64,000 nucleotides of DNA from contig CAVTNB010000003.1 in assembly GCA_963736005.1 (NCBI GenBank), positions 160,001 through 224,000 on the forward strand. The letters run 5' to 3'. Each line of letters starts with the position of its first letter. Within the stretch, counting starts at the first letter, position 1. The notes beneath the pieces are model-generated. The model did no database searches. It was given only the letters and a program-made list of their open reading frames with translations, and was not told where the DNA came from. Of the stretch, positions 18,537 through 28,339 are shown piece by piece. The position numbers were made by a program, and so were the translations under genes. The DNA comes from an uncultured Pseudomonadota bacterium. GTDB lineage: Bacteria > Vulcanimicrobiota > Vulcanimicrobiia > Eremiobacterales > Eremiobacteraceae.

Positions 18537-20138
18537 CTATGTGCCTTGGTCGAGCCAGGCGACGATGTCATACTTGTTCGTGATTGGGAAGCCGGGCGGT
18601 GGATTCGCCGCCAAGCGCGCGTCGTAGACGTATTGCCGATCGAATCCGTGGACGGTCACACCACCGCTTGAGATGCCCATGGCGCCATTGACGTTTTGTA
18701 TCAAACCGCCGTGGAACGTGAACGTTCCCTCCACGCCACCGGTATAGTTCTTGTTCGAGAATGTACCATCGGTGCAGGGCGGGCACTCTCCAAAATATCC
18801 GGTGAGAATGTCTCCATCGAATTCGTAGCCGGTCGTGGTCGTCGAGTTCACGCTGATATCGTTCGCCCAGATGCCAAGCTCGTCGGTCGAGGTCGTGCTT
18901 TGGTCCTTATACAGGACGCCGGGCGCGCCGCCTTCGAGCGTAATGGTATGGGCGTTATTGGTTGAATAGTCAGGCACGGCGATCGAGAAATCTCCATGAA
19001 CCGTTCCGCTGTCGATGATCACGTTGCCATCATCGAAGATTGCACCATTTGCCGAGGTTGAACCAGCTTGCGGTTGGCCGGAAAGAACGCCGCTATACGT
19101 CACGCTGCACGAAGTAACGCAGCCGCTCGTTTGGGTGACCGTCGTGGTCATGCCGGTGTAGTCGATGGCCACGGTGTAGTTGGCGCCTATTCCATTCGCA
19201 CCGCCCGGGTTTTTGAGCGTCCATACTTCATTATTTCCGGAGTACGTGCCACAGCTTCCGCTGCAAGGCGTCATGGTGAGGTTGCCCTGTATGTACAGTC
19301 CGGATTGCAGCGCACCGGCAGGCCCAGCTATTGCGCTGTGCCCATTGATGTAGATGCCGTTGGCACCCGGCGTCGGCAGAGCACTATCGTGGCTGGAGTT
19401 ACCGTAGAATGCTTCGCTCGCATCAACCAGGTTATCTTGGAAGGTCGGCAGCTGCATCGGGTTTGTACCGATCTTGAGCGCGCCTTGTCCACCTGCCCCG
19501 GTCACTTGGTTCCAGTCGACGCTGCCATACGGTACCGATGACTTGCCGGCGCCTTGATAGAAGCTCGGCGTCGTTACCGTATTCACCGTGCTGTTAAAAA
19601 TTGACGCTCCTGGCGTCTGGTACCAGATGTTCATGGTTCCGCCGTTGTACACGGGCCCGTCAAAATGTTCCCCGGTCACGTAGTAGACGCTGCCAGAGTT
19701 GCCCGCCGTGAACTGTTCGAAGTACGAATACGGGGAACTCTTCACCAAGGCCAAAACCTGACGTTGCTGACCTGAATTGTCCTCAGTACCTGTCGACTGG
19801 ATCAGGTAGTACACAAGACCGCTCGAACTGTTCCACGTGCTCGTGACTGATGCGCTATACGAGACCGTTGACGGAGCGGGATAGGTATAATTGATGGGTG
19901 ACGGAGCAGCGTGCCCCGGACCCGAGGCAGTCTCTTCAATCTGGAGCACCATGTCTTCAACGCCCGCATAAGCGCCGTTGAGCGCCTCGGCGCTGCGGCT
20001 ATGAGCACCGACGCTGTCGAGCTCCGCGATCATTTGCGACATGAGACCGCCGATCAACACGAGGAAGATCACGGTCATCAAGAGAGCGGTAATCAGCGCT
20101 ATACCGCGCTGCGTTCTACGATTTGAGTGGCGCTTCAT
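18537..20138 (-). CDS. PilX-like minor pilin with large Gly/Ser/Thr/Asn-rich domain (DUF4900-like)
   Basis: Basic leader RG|IALITAL lacking Glu5; ALNGAYAGVE; FDGPVY; YVYDARLAANPPPGFP. Confidence 0.75.
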   Translation of the reverse strand: MKRHSNRRTQRGIALITALLMTVIFLVLIGGLMSQMIAELDSVGAHSRSAEALNGAYAGVEDMVLQIEETASGPGHAAPSPINYTYPAPSTVSYSASVTSTWNSSSGLVYYLIQSTGTEDNSGQQRQVLALVKSSPYSYFEQFTAGNSGSVYYVTGEHFDGPVYNGGTMNIWYQTPGASIFNSTVNTVTTPSFYQGAGKSSVPYGSVDWNQVTGAGGQGALKIGTNPMQLPTFQDNLVDASEAFYGNSSHDSALPTPGANGIYINGHSAIAGPAGALQSGLYIQGNLTMTPCSGSCGTYSGNNEVWTLKNPGGANGIGANYTVAIDYTGMTTTVTQTSGCVTSCSVTYSGVLSGQPQAGSTSANGAIFDDGNVIIDSGTVHGDFSIAVPDYSTNNAHTITLEGGAPGVLYKDQSTTSTDELGIWANDISVNSTTTTGYEFDGDILTGYFGECPPCTDGTFSNKNYTGGVEGTFTFHGGLIQNVNGAMGISSGGVTVHGFDRQYVYDARLAANPPPGFPITNKYDIVAWLDQGT

Positions 20139-20770
20139 GGCTTATACCCCAATGCAACTTGTGTGTTGAGATCGTAAATGTTGTAAGCACCTGTGGTCGC
20201 TCTCGTCTGAAGGTCAACGTCAAAGAGAGTACCCGATATAGCGCTCACGCTAAAGCCGACGATGTTTCTGGCCAAGATGTCTGTGGTCACAGAAGCAGTC
20301 GAACAGTTTGTGTTTTGCACAAGCGATATGGTGCGCGTGATGGTCTCACCGACCGGATCGTACGTGAGGGTCACTTCATCGTAACACGGGACCGGATTCC
20401 CGTTTGAGTCGACTGGTATGGGCGACGCGGTCAAACCGGCACTGCCGTTGTCGACCCGGTAATACTCGATCGACGTGGACGTGCCAGGAGCGGTCGATGG
20501 CGGAGGCGCCGTTGGAGTGACGACCATTGGATACGGAGGCGTGGTGAAATCCGTCACGTCCGGCATGGCCTGACGCATTTCATTCGTCACCTTTGCCATT
20601 GAAATGCGAGCATTCGCTTCCGCGGTGATGTTCGCGCTCGTGAGGTTGTTGTGGTTGAAGACCATCGCGAACTCCACGACCGCGAGCGCCAGCACAAGCC
20701 CCATGATGGTCATGGAGATGAGCATCTCGACGATCGTGAAACCGCGACGGTTGTTGCGCTGGCTAATCAC
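20135..20770 (-). CDS. PilW-like minor pilin
   Basis: [10 protein letters not shown] prepilin peptidase site; [17 protein letters not shown]. Confidence 0.8.
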   Translation of the reverse strand: MISQRNNRRGFTIVEMLISMTIMGLVLALAVVEFAMVFNHNNLTSANITAEANARISMAKVTNEMRQAMPDVTDFTTPPYPMVVTPTAPPPSTAPGTSTSIEYYRVDNGSAGLTASPIPVDSNGNPVPCYDEVTLTYDPVGETITRTISLVQNTNCSTASVTTDILARNIVGFSVSAISGTLFDVDLQTRATTGAYNIYDLNTQVALGYKP

Positions 20771-21507
20771 TGGATAACCGTCGGTTGTGGCGTTGGCGTC
20801 GGCGACGGCTTGACCGTCGGCGACGGCTTCACGGTCGGACTCGGCGTCGGTGTCGGCGACGGTTTCGGTGTCGGCGAGGGTTTCGGCGTCGGGCTCGGCG
20901 TCGGCGTCGGACTTGGCGTCGGCGTCGGTGACGGTGTGGGCGACGGTGACACAGGTGGCGGCGTGACCCCAGCCGAGTTCGGCGTTGGATCGTTGCGGTT
21001 CAGCTGATTGAGCTCAAAAACTTCGGGCGTGCCGGCATTACTGAGGGTGTTATCCGCGACCCAGACGCTCAAGTTTGCAGCGTTGGCATCACCGCTTTGC
21101 GAGCTGGCGTTCCACATGTACTCGTAGGTGCCGTGCGATGCGACGTTTGCGAATGGGCCGGTGACGCAGGTGGGCATGGGATGCCAAGTCGGCGACGCGA
21201 TGTTGTCATTGTACGCCGGCCATGCGACGCCGCACGGATCGCTCGTGCCAGGTGCTCCAGACCAGCTTCCCCCGATCAGCTCGATCGAAGTGTTCCAGAA
21301 ATTTGGATCCTGGCGCATGGTGTCGAGCAGATAATTTCCCATCGAGATCGTGATCCCGCGATTGTCTGCTGTTTTTTCTGCTTGCGTCGAAGCGATCATG
21401 TCGCCCGAGACAAAAAGAAATGCGAGCGTCAACACGACGGTCGCGACCAGAACCTCGATGAGGCTCGTGCCGCGTTGACGTTGCGGCGGCTTGGTTATTT
21501 TTGGCAT
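20767..21507 (-). CDS. PilV-like minor pilin with Pro/Thr/Ser-rich tail
   Basis: [13 protein letters not shown]-terminal PSPTP(T/K) repeats. Confidence 0.75.
   Translation of the reverse strand: MPKITKPPQRQRGTSLIEVLVATVVLTLAFLFVSGDMIASTQAEKTADNRGITISMGNYLLDTMRQDPNFWNTSIELIGGSWSGAPGTSDPCGVAWPAYNDNIASPTWHPMPTCVTGPFANVASHGTYEYMWNASSQSGDANAANLSVWVADNTLSNAGTPEVFELNQLNRNDPTPNSAGVTPPPVSPSPTPSPTPTPSPTPTPSPTPKPSPTPKPSPTPTPSPTVKPSPTVKPSPTPTPQPTVIQ
20780..20941 (-). repeat. Nine imperfect 18-bp tandem units encoding Pro/Thr hexapeptides
   Basis: GTCGG recurs every 18 nt from 20780 to 20924. Confidence 0.85.
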
Positions 21508-21613
21508 AACAAACAATCTCCGGATGCGCAGTCTGGACACCTAATGTACATGAGACACAGATTAGACTTGTTTTCTTATTAGAAATCATCGGCTCCCTTA
21601 GATAAAGAGGAGG

Positions 21614-21629
21614 TGTGATGGCCGGCACA
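21614..21629. promoter_or_regulatory. CRP/FNR-family-like box upstream of pilin cassette 2
   Basis: TGTGA-TGGCCG-GCACA, 9/10 match to TGTGA-N6-TCACA. Confidence 0.5.
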
Positions 21630-21723
21630 TAGGAGCAAACGCATGCAATATGATGCGATTGTTGGCATTTAAACTGTGTTCGCGTGTGACAGGCGACATG
21701 CGACGTCATATGAGGAGGTGAAC

Positions 21724-21747
21724 GTAGCAGCGGACCTTAGGTCCGCT
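21724..21747 (+). repeat. REP family A copy
   Basis: GTAGCAGCGGACCTTAGGTCCGCT. Confidence 0.85.
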
Positions 21748-21772
21748 TCACCAAGGCTGATCTTCCGTCAGC

Positions 21773-21803
21773 AAATAAAAAAGCGGCCGGCTCTTGGCCG
21801 GCC
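21773..21803 (-). terminator. Intrinsic terminator after pilin cassette 1
   Basis: GGCCGGC-CAAGA-GCCGGCC-GC-TTTTTTATTT on minus strand. Confidence 0.8.
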
Positions 21804-21823
21804 ACCGTACAGCTCGCTGGATT

Positions 21824-23458
21824 TTATTGGCCCATATCTTCCCAAGCAATGATTTGAAGAGCACCCGTTGTCGGGTTGAATGGGGGTGGGGCCGTCGCAA
21901 ACCGAGAGTCGAAGTTGATGACGCGGGCGAACCCGTACTGGATTCCGCCGATGACTTCTCCCACCGCTCCTCGCGCGTTTTCGACGAGACTGCCGTTGAT
22001 ATTCAGAATTCCTTGGCTGCCACTCCCGCACCCAGTCTTGTTGCATCTGTTATTCTTGAAATAACCGCTGCTCCACGATTCGCCCGGGTATCCAGCGATG
22101 ATCGCGGAGTCAACAGTGAGGCCGGTACTCGTGTTCGATGCAAGAATGACGTCGTTCGCCCAGAGCGCCGTCTTGTCGTATGTGGCGGAGCCTGGGTCGT
22201 AAAACAGATTACCCAGCAGCGTGATGTCGTTCGCGTAACCAGAGTAGTCCGGGGTTACGAACGAATAATCTCCTTCAAGAGTAGTATCAGGTTGGCCGCC
22301 CCTACCAAGCTGGATATTGCCATTGGAGAAGATAGCCCCATTACCGGGATTCGTCACACCGGGTCCGGGCGCACCGCATGGGGTTCCGCTAAACGTGTGA
22401 GTCGCAACACCATGGGTCACGGTTGTTGCACCGCTGCAATCACCGCTTGAGTTGAAACCGCTGTAGTTGATCGTCACCTGATAGTCACCTGCCCATGGTC
22501 CGTAAATCTTTAGCGTATCAGTGTTGCCCGAAACCGTACTTGTAATCGTGGCCGTGCCAGAACTTCCCACGTTGATGTAGATTCCGGTGGTGTCGATGGG
22601 CGAGGTCGTGGACGCCGCATCTTTCCCACCCGAGGTGGAGCCGTCGATATAGACACCCGCGGGAACCGCGGGATACGAAGTCATCAAGCCGTCTCCTTCG
22701 TAGGCGTAGCTTGCGACCGAGATATTATCTTGCGGCTGAGGCAACGAAAGCGCGGTGCTGTTGACAGAGAAGCTACTGGATCCACCCGCGCTGACACTCG
22801 ACCATCCCCCACAGGTGGTTGGGTCGCATGGGGACCACACAGGCACGTTCCCTGTTTGAACCGATGCGCCGAAAATGGGCGTTACAGTGGGCGAAGGCGA
22901 GGCATAAGCGATGCGCATCGGTCCGCCCGAGTACACCGGACCATTGAAGTGCTGCGATGAGAGATACCAAACGGGATTGCCGTACTGGTTGACTTCATAG
23001 TTGGAGAAGCTCGCATAATCTGAAATCGGAACGCCCCTCGCGATCGCTCGCACACGCCTACTAATGTTTTCGCGGCCGTTGTCATACGTACCAATCGATG
23101 TAATAAGATAATAGTTTACTCCCTGCGCCGGATATGGGCCGGCCACCGTCGCGCTATAGCTTTCAGCCACAGGTGACGCGCCGGGTTCCGGATAGAAATA
23201 AACTATTGGGCCGCTAGGGAGTGGCTGCCTCAAATCCAGGTCGGTCTGAATCTGTTCCACCATCGCGTGTACCCCAGCATCTGCGCCTGCCAGTGCGCGA
23301 TTCGATACGGTAGCCATTTTTGTGCTGTTGAGTTCATTCGCCAACTGGGTGATCATGGCGCCTGCGAAGACGAGGAACACCAACAATAAGCCGACCACGC
23401 CAATAAGCGCCAGACCACGCTCTCTTTGATGTCGTGACGGACGGGTTGTTGTTCTCAT
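21824..23458 (-). CDS. PilX-like minor pilin, paralog of 18537-20138
   Basis: ERG|LALIGVV lacking Glu5; ALAGADAGV; FNGPVY; LWANDV; NFDSRFATAPPPFNP; AWED. Confidence 0.75.
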   Translation of the reverse strand: MRTTTRPSRHQRERGLALIGVVGLLLVFLVFAGAMITQLANELNSTKMATVSNRALAGADAGVHAMVEQIQTDLDLRQPLPSGPIVYFYPEPGASPVAESYSATVAGPYPAQGVNYYLITSIGTYDNGRENISRRVRAIARGVPISDYASFSNYEVNQYGNPVWYLSSQHFNGPVYSGGPMRIAYASPSPTVTPIFGASVQTGNVPVWSPCDPTTCGGWSSVSAGGSSSFSVNSTALSLPQPQDNISVASYAYEGDGLMTSYPAVPAGVYIDGSTSGGKDAASTTSPIDTTGIYINVGSSGTATITSTVSGNTDTLKIYGPWAGDYQVTINYSGFNSSGDCSGATTVTHGVATHTFSGTPCGAPGPGVTNPGNGAIFSNGNIQLGRGGQPDTTLEGDYSFVTPDYSGYANDITLLGNLFYDPGSATYDKTALWANDVILASNTSTGLTVDSAIIAGYPGESWSSGYFKNNRCNKTGCGSGSQGILNINGSLVENARGAVGEVIGGIQYGFARVINFDSRFATAPPPFNPTTGALQIIAWEDMGQ

Positions 23459-23460
23459 TT

Positions 23461-24090
23461 TTAGTCCTGGCCTCCGACGTATACGATGTCGTTCAGCGTA
23501 AAGGAGCAAGCATTGCCGGCGCAGTGTGAGTTGTTTCCCTCGCTGACCGTCAGCGTGAGATCGTAGCGATTCGAGCTCACCGGCGTTACCAAAAACTGCG
23601 TTACATTCGTGCCCAAGACGATTGTCGGCTCCACAATGCCCGAGGGCAATTGCGTGACAACTTCGTCGAGTTCGGTCTTGTTCAGCGGATTAAGTTGTAT
23701 CGTAACCAGCTCAAAGGGTGGGCACAATGCCGCGGCTGCGCATCCTGGCGGGGTTGTTGCCATGCCTCCCGCGCTCACGCGATAAAAGGTCACAAAATCC
23801 GCTGGGGTCGCTGACGGCGCCGGCAATGGTGACGCTACCGCTGGGGTTGCTACTGCCCCCGGAAAATCTACGTAATCAAAATACGCACTTCGCAAATGCG
23901 TTTCGACCTTTGACATGATGATTCGCGCCTGGGATTCGGCGTCTGTATTAGCTCGCGTGTGCAACGTGTGATCGACCACAGAGACGAACTCTAGACCAAG
24001 GAGCGTGAGAATCAGACCGAAGACCGCTACAACGGTGATCATCTCCACCAGCGTGAAGCCGTAGTTGCGGCGGTTGCGCATTTGTCTCAT
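23461..24090 (-). CDS. PilW-like minor pilin, paralog of 20135-20770
   Basis: G|FTLVEMI; AESQARIIMSKVETHLRSA. Confidence 0.8.
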   Translation of the reverse strand: MRQMRNRRNYGFTLVEMITVVAVFGLILTLLGLEFVSVVDHTLHTRANTDAESQARIIMSKVETHLRSAYFDYVDFPGAVATPAVASPLPAPSATPADFVTFYRVSAGGMATTPPGCAAAALCPPFELVTIQLNPLNKTELDEVVTQLPSGIVEPTIVLGTNVTQFLVTPVSSNRYDLTLTVSEGNNSHCAGNACSFTLNDIVYVGGQD

Positions 24091-24782
24091 TCAAACGTGC
24101 CCGAGGGGGTGGGAGAAGGTTTGGGCGTCGGGGTCGGCGTTGGGGTCGGTTTAGCGCTTGCCTTTGGCGACGGCGTTGGAGTCGGTGTTGGACTAACACA
24201 AACTCCCGAGCATGGCGTTTTTGTTACCTTTGGCGTTGGTGTCGGCGTGGGCAGCACTGGCGAATTCGAAGCTTGCGCATGAATATTAGTCCGCGTGCTG
24301 TCGACCTCGTAGATATCAGTGCGTCCACCCTCTTGGACTTGAACCCAGACGGTCAGCTGTGCGAGAGCCGGATCACCCCCCTGTTCCTGGGCGTTCCACA
24401 TGTACTGAAAAACAGGGGTGCCCACGAGGTCAGGAAACAACCCTAAGTTACTACCGTTCGGTGTGCACGCTGGGGCTGGGTGCCACGTTGGAGCCAATAT
24501 CGTGTCCGTGTACGGCGGGTATGCGTTGCCGCACGGATCGTCTGCGTTTGGGCCTATATCCCAATCTGGCTTCCAGAAAGTCGAATCATCGCGCATAACG
24601 CCTAAAAGGTAGTTTGCAGCATTCATAGTTTCCGAGCGCGTTGCGGAAACATTCTCCGCTTGCGACGACTGGATCAAATCAGCCGTGACAAAAAGGAAAA
24701 TGATCAGCAGCAGAGCGACTGCAACGAGAATTTCAAGGAGTGTTGTACCCCTATTTTGCTTGGGCGATTTCTGCCGACTCAT
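24087..24782 (-). CDS. PilV-like minor pilin with Pro/Thr tail, paralog of 20767-21507
   Basis: NRG|TTLLEILVA; shared NYLL..MR.D..FW, DPCG, PTWHP.P.C, YMWNA. Confidence 0.75.
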   Translation of the reverse strand: MSRQKSPKQNRGTTLLEILVAVALLLIIFLFVTADLIQSSQAENVSATRSETMNAANYLLGVMRDDSTFWKPDWDIGPNADDPCGNAYPPYTDTILAPTWHPAPACTPNGSNLGLFPDLVGTPVFQYMWNAQEQGGDPALAQLTVWVQVQEGGRTDIYEVDSTRTNIHAQASNSPVLPTPTPTPKVTKTPCSGVCVSPTPTPTPSPKASAKPTPTPTPTPKPSPTPSGTFE

Positions 24783-24867
24783 GCAGCGTAAGCTCCGGCT
24801 GATAAGGATCGTCGGGGAGTTGACCGGTTGGTCCAGTTCGTGAGCCCGGTCACACGCTCCTTGGGAC

Positions 24868-24883
24868 TGTGATGGACGTCACT
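24868..24883. promoter_or_regulatory. CRP/FNR-family-like box upstream of pilin cassette 1
   Basis: TGTGA-TGGACG-TCACT, 9/10 match. Confidence 0.5.
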
Positions 24884-24906
24884 TTGTTACATTTCATATG
24901 CGAAAA

Positions 24907-24991
24907 GGGCGACTTTACCGTCGCCCGGTACGGGGTGCGTGGGGCGATTTTCCAATCGCCCTATATGGGCGACTTTACAGTCGCCCCCTAC
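24907..24991 (-). repeat. Three tandem REP family C hairpins
   Basis: GGGCGACTTTACCGTCGCCC, GGGGCGATTTTCCAATCGCCCCTA, GGGCGACTTTACAGTCGCCCCCTAC. Confidence 0.8.
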
Positions 24992-25001
24992 AGATCGGGG
25001 A

Positions 25002-26696
25002 TTATTGCATGGACCAGTCGTAGGCGTTCCAATTTGCGGACTCCGCCGGTGACGGGGAGAATCCTGAAAACTGCTTCGGCATAACGTCGACCCGGCGTTC
25101 GGCGAACAGAAACACGGTCGGGGCCTGTTCGCCCAACTCGGTTGAGATAATGTGGTAGTCGCGAATTCTGCGCGCTTGGTCCACGTGCGTCAGCGCATCG
25201 ACCTCGCTCGCATCCAGCGTGCGGTCACACCAAAAGAGCGTGTTCTGTCCTTGCGGTGGGAACTGATTGCAACGATACAGCGATGAGTTGTCTGGATCAA
25301 CACCGCTCACCCAACCATAGTACGCTAGCTGAAACTTGCCCGAGTTGAGGATGCCACCACTTTGCTTTGAAGCAAAATACAAATTGCCAGGATAGGTCTT
25401 TTGCGTGAGCTCGATGCCGACGGCTTTTGCTTCTTGTTGCATCAGCCCCCCAAGCTTTTCAGCGATACTTTGGCCGCCAACATAAGAAAGCTGCAATGAC
25501 AATCTCGTGCCGTTCTTGACACGGATGCCGTCCGGCCCGACTTTCCAACCATCCTGATCGAGCAGTTGTGCAGCTTTGGCAGGATCGTAGGGGTAAAACG
25601 GCTGGTGGTGATCGAGCGCCCAACTAAACACAGATTGGTCCGTATCGGTTTGCACGAAGACATTGTTCGTCGCGTCCGCCGCTATCCGCGCGCGGTCGAT
25701 GGCACTCTCGATTGCGCGACGAACATTGACGTCAGCTAGGATTGGGTCTTCGACGTTGAAGTCTACATGGCCGAAGACGTTCTCAGCGGAAATCATCACA
25801 TTGTAGTCGCTCAGGCCGCGCAACTGGCCAATTTTGCCAGGGTCTGCCCTAAACCACGCGTCGAGCTCGTGGGTCTGCAATAAGGTCACGATTGTGTTCG
25901 AATCGGGGACGATGCGGTAGATGATCTTATTGAGTTTGGGTGGTCCTCGCCAATACAAGGGGTTGGCTTCCAAAGTGATGTGATCCCCGTGCACCCACTC
26001 GACAAACTTGAATGGTCCCGACCCCACAGGCGCGTTGTTCCAGGCCACGTGATTGAGGTCCGGATACTGCGCGAGCAAGTGCGCAGGGAGAATGGAGAAC
26101 CCGCCCTGCACGCCCATGAAGTACGCGACAATCGGTGCAAATACGTTCTTCATGTGGACGACCACCGTGTAAACGCCTTTGGCCTCGACGCTTGCAATTT
26201 GATCGTAGCCGGCGCGGACCTGAACGTTGTTACGCGGATTCATGATCGCTTGGTAGGTGAAGACGATATCGCGCGAGGTGAGCGGTACCCCGTCTTGCCA
26301 CTTCACGCCCGGGCGCATATGATACGTGATGGTCTTCCCGTCCGCCGAGATCCCACCGTTCGCAAGGGTGGGTACTTCGGTCGCTATCTCGGGGACGAAA
26401 TTGTCGTGATTGTCGACGTTGAAAAAGTACGAGAACATGAGATAGCTGAGGTCCACGGTCACCACTTGCGTGGAAAGCAGCGTGCTCAAGCTGTCGGGCT
26501 CCACGATCTCAGCATACCGCAGGACGCCTGGAATTGGAGCGGCGCCATTAGGCCGCGCACCACCCGATTGGGTTGATATCTTCGAACAGCCTCCGAGCGT
26601 CAGAACGCATGCAAGGGCCATACAAGCGAATGCGCGCGAATAAATTCGCGCGACTACATTGCGGCGCGAATAAATTCGCGCGACTACATGTCTCAT
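25002..26696 (-). CDS. Family 5 (peptide/nickel) ABC substrate-binding lipoprotein
   Basis: LGGC lipobox; NGGISADGKTITY, WQDGVPLTS.D, PVGSGPF; ATGA overlap with the upstream stop. Confidence 0.92.
   Translation of the reverse strand: MRHVVARIYSRRNVVARIYSRAFACMALACVLTLGGCSKISTQSGGARPNGAAPIPGVLRYAEIVEPDSLSTLLSTQVVTVDLSYLMFSYFFNVDNHDNFVPEIATEVPTLANGGISADGKTITYHMRPGVKWQDGVPLTSRDIVFTYQAIMNPRNNVQVRAGYDQIASVEAKGVYTVVVHMKNVFAPIVAYFMGVQGGFSILPAHLLAQYPDLNHVAWNNAPVGSGPFKFVEWVHGDHITLEANPLYWRGPPKLNKIIYRIVPDSNTIVTLLQTHELDAWFRADPGKIGQLRGLSDYNVMISAENVFGHVDFNVEDPILADVNVRRAIESAIDRARIAADATNNVFVQTDTDQSVFSWALDHHQPFYPYDPAKAAQLLDQDGWKVGPDGIRVKNGTRLSLQLSYVGGQSIAEKLGGLMQQEAKAVGIELTQKTYPGNLYFASKQSGGILNSGKFQLAYYGWVSGVDPDNSSLYRCNQFPPQGQNTLFWCDRTLDASEVDALTHVDQARRIRDYHIISTELGEQAPTVFLFAERRVDVMPKQFSGFSPSPAESANWNAYDWSMQ
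26633..26687 (-). repeat. Two REP family B copies inside the coding 5' end
   Basis: GTAGTCGCGCGAATTTATTCGCGC twice at 30-nt period, translated as VVARIYSR twice. Confidence 0.85.
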
Positions 26697-28339
26697 TGCA
26701 TTGACCATTCCCAGGTATTCCAATTGCTCGTCGTGGCCGGGGCGGGGACGAATCCGTGCAAGTTGGGTGATGTGACAAAAATCTGACGCCAGAAATAGAG
26801 AACGATCGTCACTGACTGGGACGCGACCTCATTTTGGGTAATAGCGTAGTACTTTGCGCGCTCGCGTAAGTCGTACGTCTGACGTGCCGCTAGCTCGGCC
26901 TTTTGTAAAGTCGGGTCGCACCAGAAAAGATTGTTCTGACCTATCGGTGGAAATTCGTCGCAGCCGTAAAGTGACAATTCGTCTTCCGGGTCGACCCCGG
27001 CCACCCACGCAAAGAAACCCGTGTCGTATTTGCCCGTTTGCAAAATGCCGCCGTTTTGACCGGGCGCAAAGAAAAGTTCTGCCGGATAGTTCTTGACGCT
27101 CGCATCGATGCCGACGGCCTTTAAGTCTTGCTGGACGAGCGACTCGGTCGCCTCACCGGTCGAACCTCCGGCCACAGCCGACAAATCGAACGCCAGGCGC
27201 TGACCATTCTTTTGCAAGATGCCATCAGACCCCGGCGTCCATCCAGCCTCGGCGAGCAACGCGCGCGCCTTCGCCGGATCGTATGGATATTTCATAGCGT
27301 TTGGATTGTACGCCCACGAGAGCGGGCTAATCTCCCAGTAGGCAATGAGCTGGACGCCATGCGTGACTTTGTCGATAATGTCTTGTCTATTGATTGCGTA
27401 GTTTATCGCGCGGCGCACTCGAAGGTCGTGGAAAAGCGGATTCTTTTGGTTGAGATCGATATGGGAGTAGACAAATGATGGCTCGAGTTGTACCCGATAT
27501 TGCGGCTCGAGTTTCTTGATTTCAGTATACAGATTAGAAGGCGAACGGAACCACGCATCTATTTCATGCGTCTGCAATTGAACGAGTATGGTCGTGTCCT
27601 TGGGAACGAACTTATAAATGATATGTTGGAGCTTTGGCGGTCCGCGCCAGTAGAGAGGGTTCGCCTCTAGCTCGATGCGGTCACCGTGCAACCAGCGTAC
27701 GAACTTAAAGGGACCCGTTCCCACTGGATCGCTGTTGAACGGTACATGGTTGAGATCTGGATATTTTTCCAACAGGTGGGCGGGAAGAACCGGGTAGAGT
27801 CCTGACTCTGAAAAGAAAGTGGCGATTGACGCCGCATAGGGCCTCTTGAGGTGGAACTTCACTTCGTAATCGCCGACCGCTTCAACATGATCTATTTGAT
27901 CCCAACCATTGCGGGATTGAAGATTGTTATTTTTATTGAGGATGGCATTGGTCGTAAAAATCACGTCGTGCGAGGTGAAAGGAGCGCCGTCTTGCCACTT
28001 GACTCCCTTGCGCAGATGATAGGTAATCGTCAAGCCATCTTTGCTGATTCCGCCGTTTTCAAGCGTAGGCACTTCAACTGCGAGTTCGGGTACCCAATGC
28101 AACTTGTCGTCAATATTGAAGAAGAATCCGAAGATGAACATGTCGAGATCGGTCGCCACCGCCTGAAGCCGCAGCAGTGGATTGAGTCCGGTGGGTTCTT
28201 CAATGTCGGCGTAGCGCAGCGTGCCAGGAATCGTGTGTGAGGTGGCGTGCTGGCCGGTCTGCAAACCAACTTTCGTGCACGCGCTTACGCTCGCGCATGT
28301 GCAGGCGACGACCAAGAAGAGTACGATCTGGCGGTTCAA
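26693..28339 (-). CDS. Family 5 ABC substrate-binding lipoprotein
   Basis: VSAC lipobox; NGGISKDG, WQDGAPFTS.DV, PVGTGPF; probable TTG start overlapping the upstream TGA. Confidence 0.92.
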   Translation of the reverse strand: MNRQIVLFLVVACTCASVSACTKVGLQTGQHATSHTIPGTLRYADIEEPTGLNPLLRLQAVATDLDMFIFGFFFNIDDKLHWVPELAVEVPTLENGGISKDGLTITYHLRKGVKWQDGAPFTSHDVIFTTNAILNKNNNLQSRNGWDQIDHVEAVGDYEVKFHLKRPYAASIATFFSESGLYPVLPAHLLEKYPDLNHVPFNSDPVGTGPFKFVRWLHGDRIELEANPLYWRGPPKLQHIIYKFVPKDTTILVQLQTHEIDAWFRSPSNLYTEIKKLEPQYRVQLEPSFVYSHIDLNQKNPLFHDLRVRRAINYAINRQDIIDKVTHGVQLIAYWEISPLSWAYNPNAMKYPYDPAKARALLAEAGWTPGSDGILQKNGQRLAFDLSAVAGGSTGEATESLVQQDLKAVGIDASVKNYPAELFFAPGQNGGILQTGKYDTGFFAWVAGVDPEDELSLYGCDEFPPIGQNNLFWCDPTLQKAELAARQTYDLRERAKYYAITQNEVASQSVTIVLYFWRQIFVTSPNLHGFVPAPATTSNWNTWEWSMQ

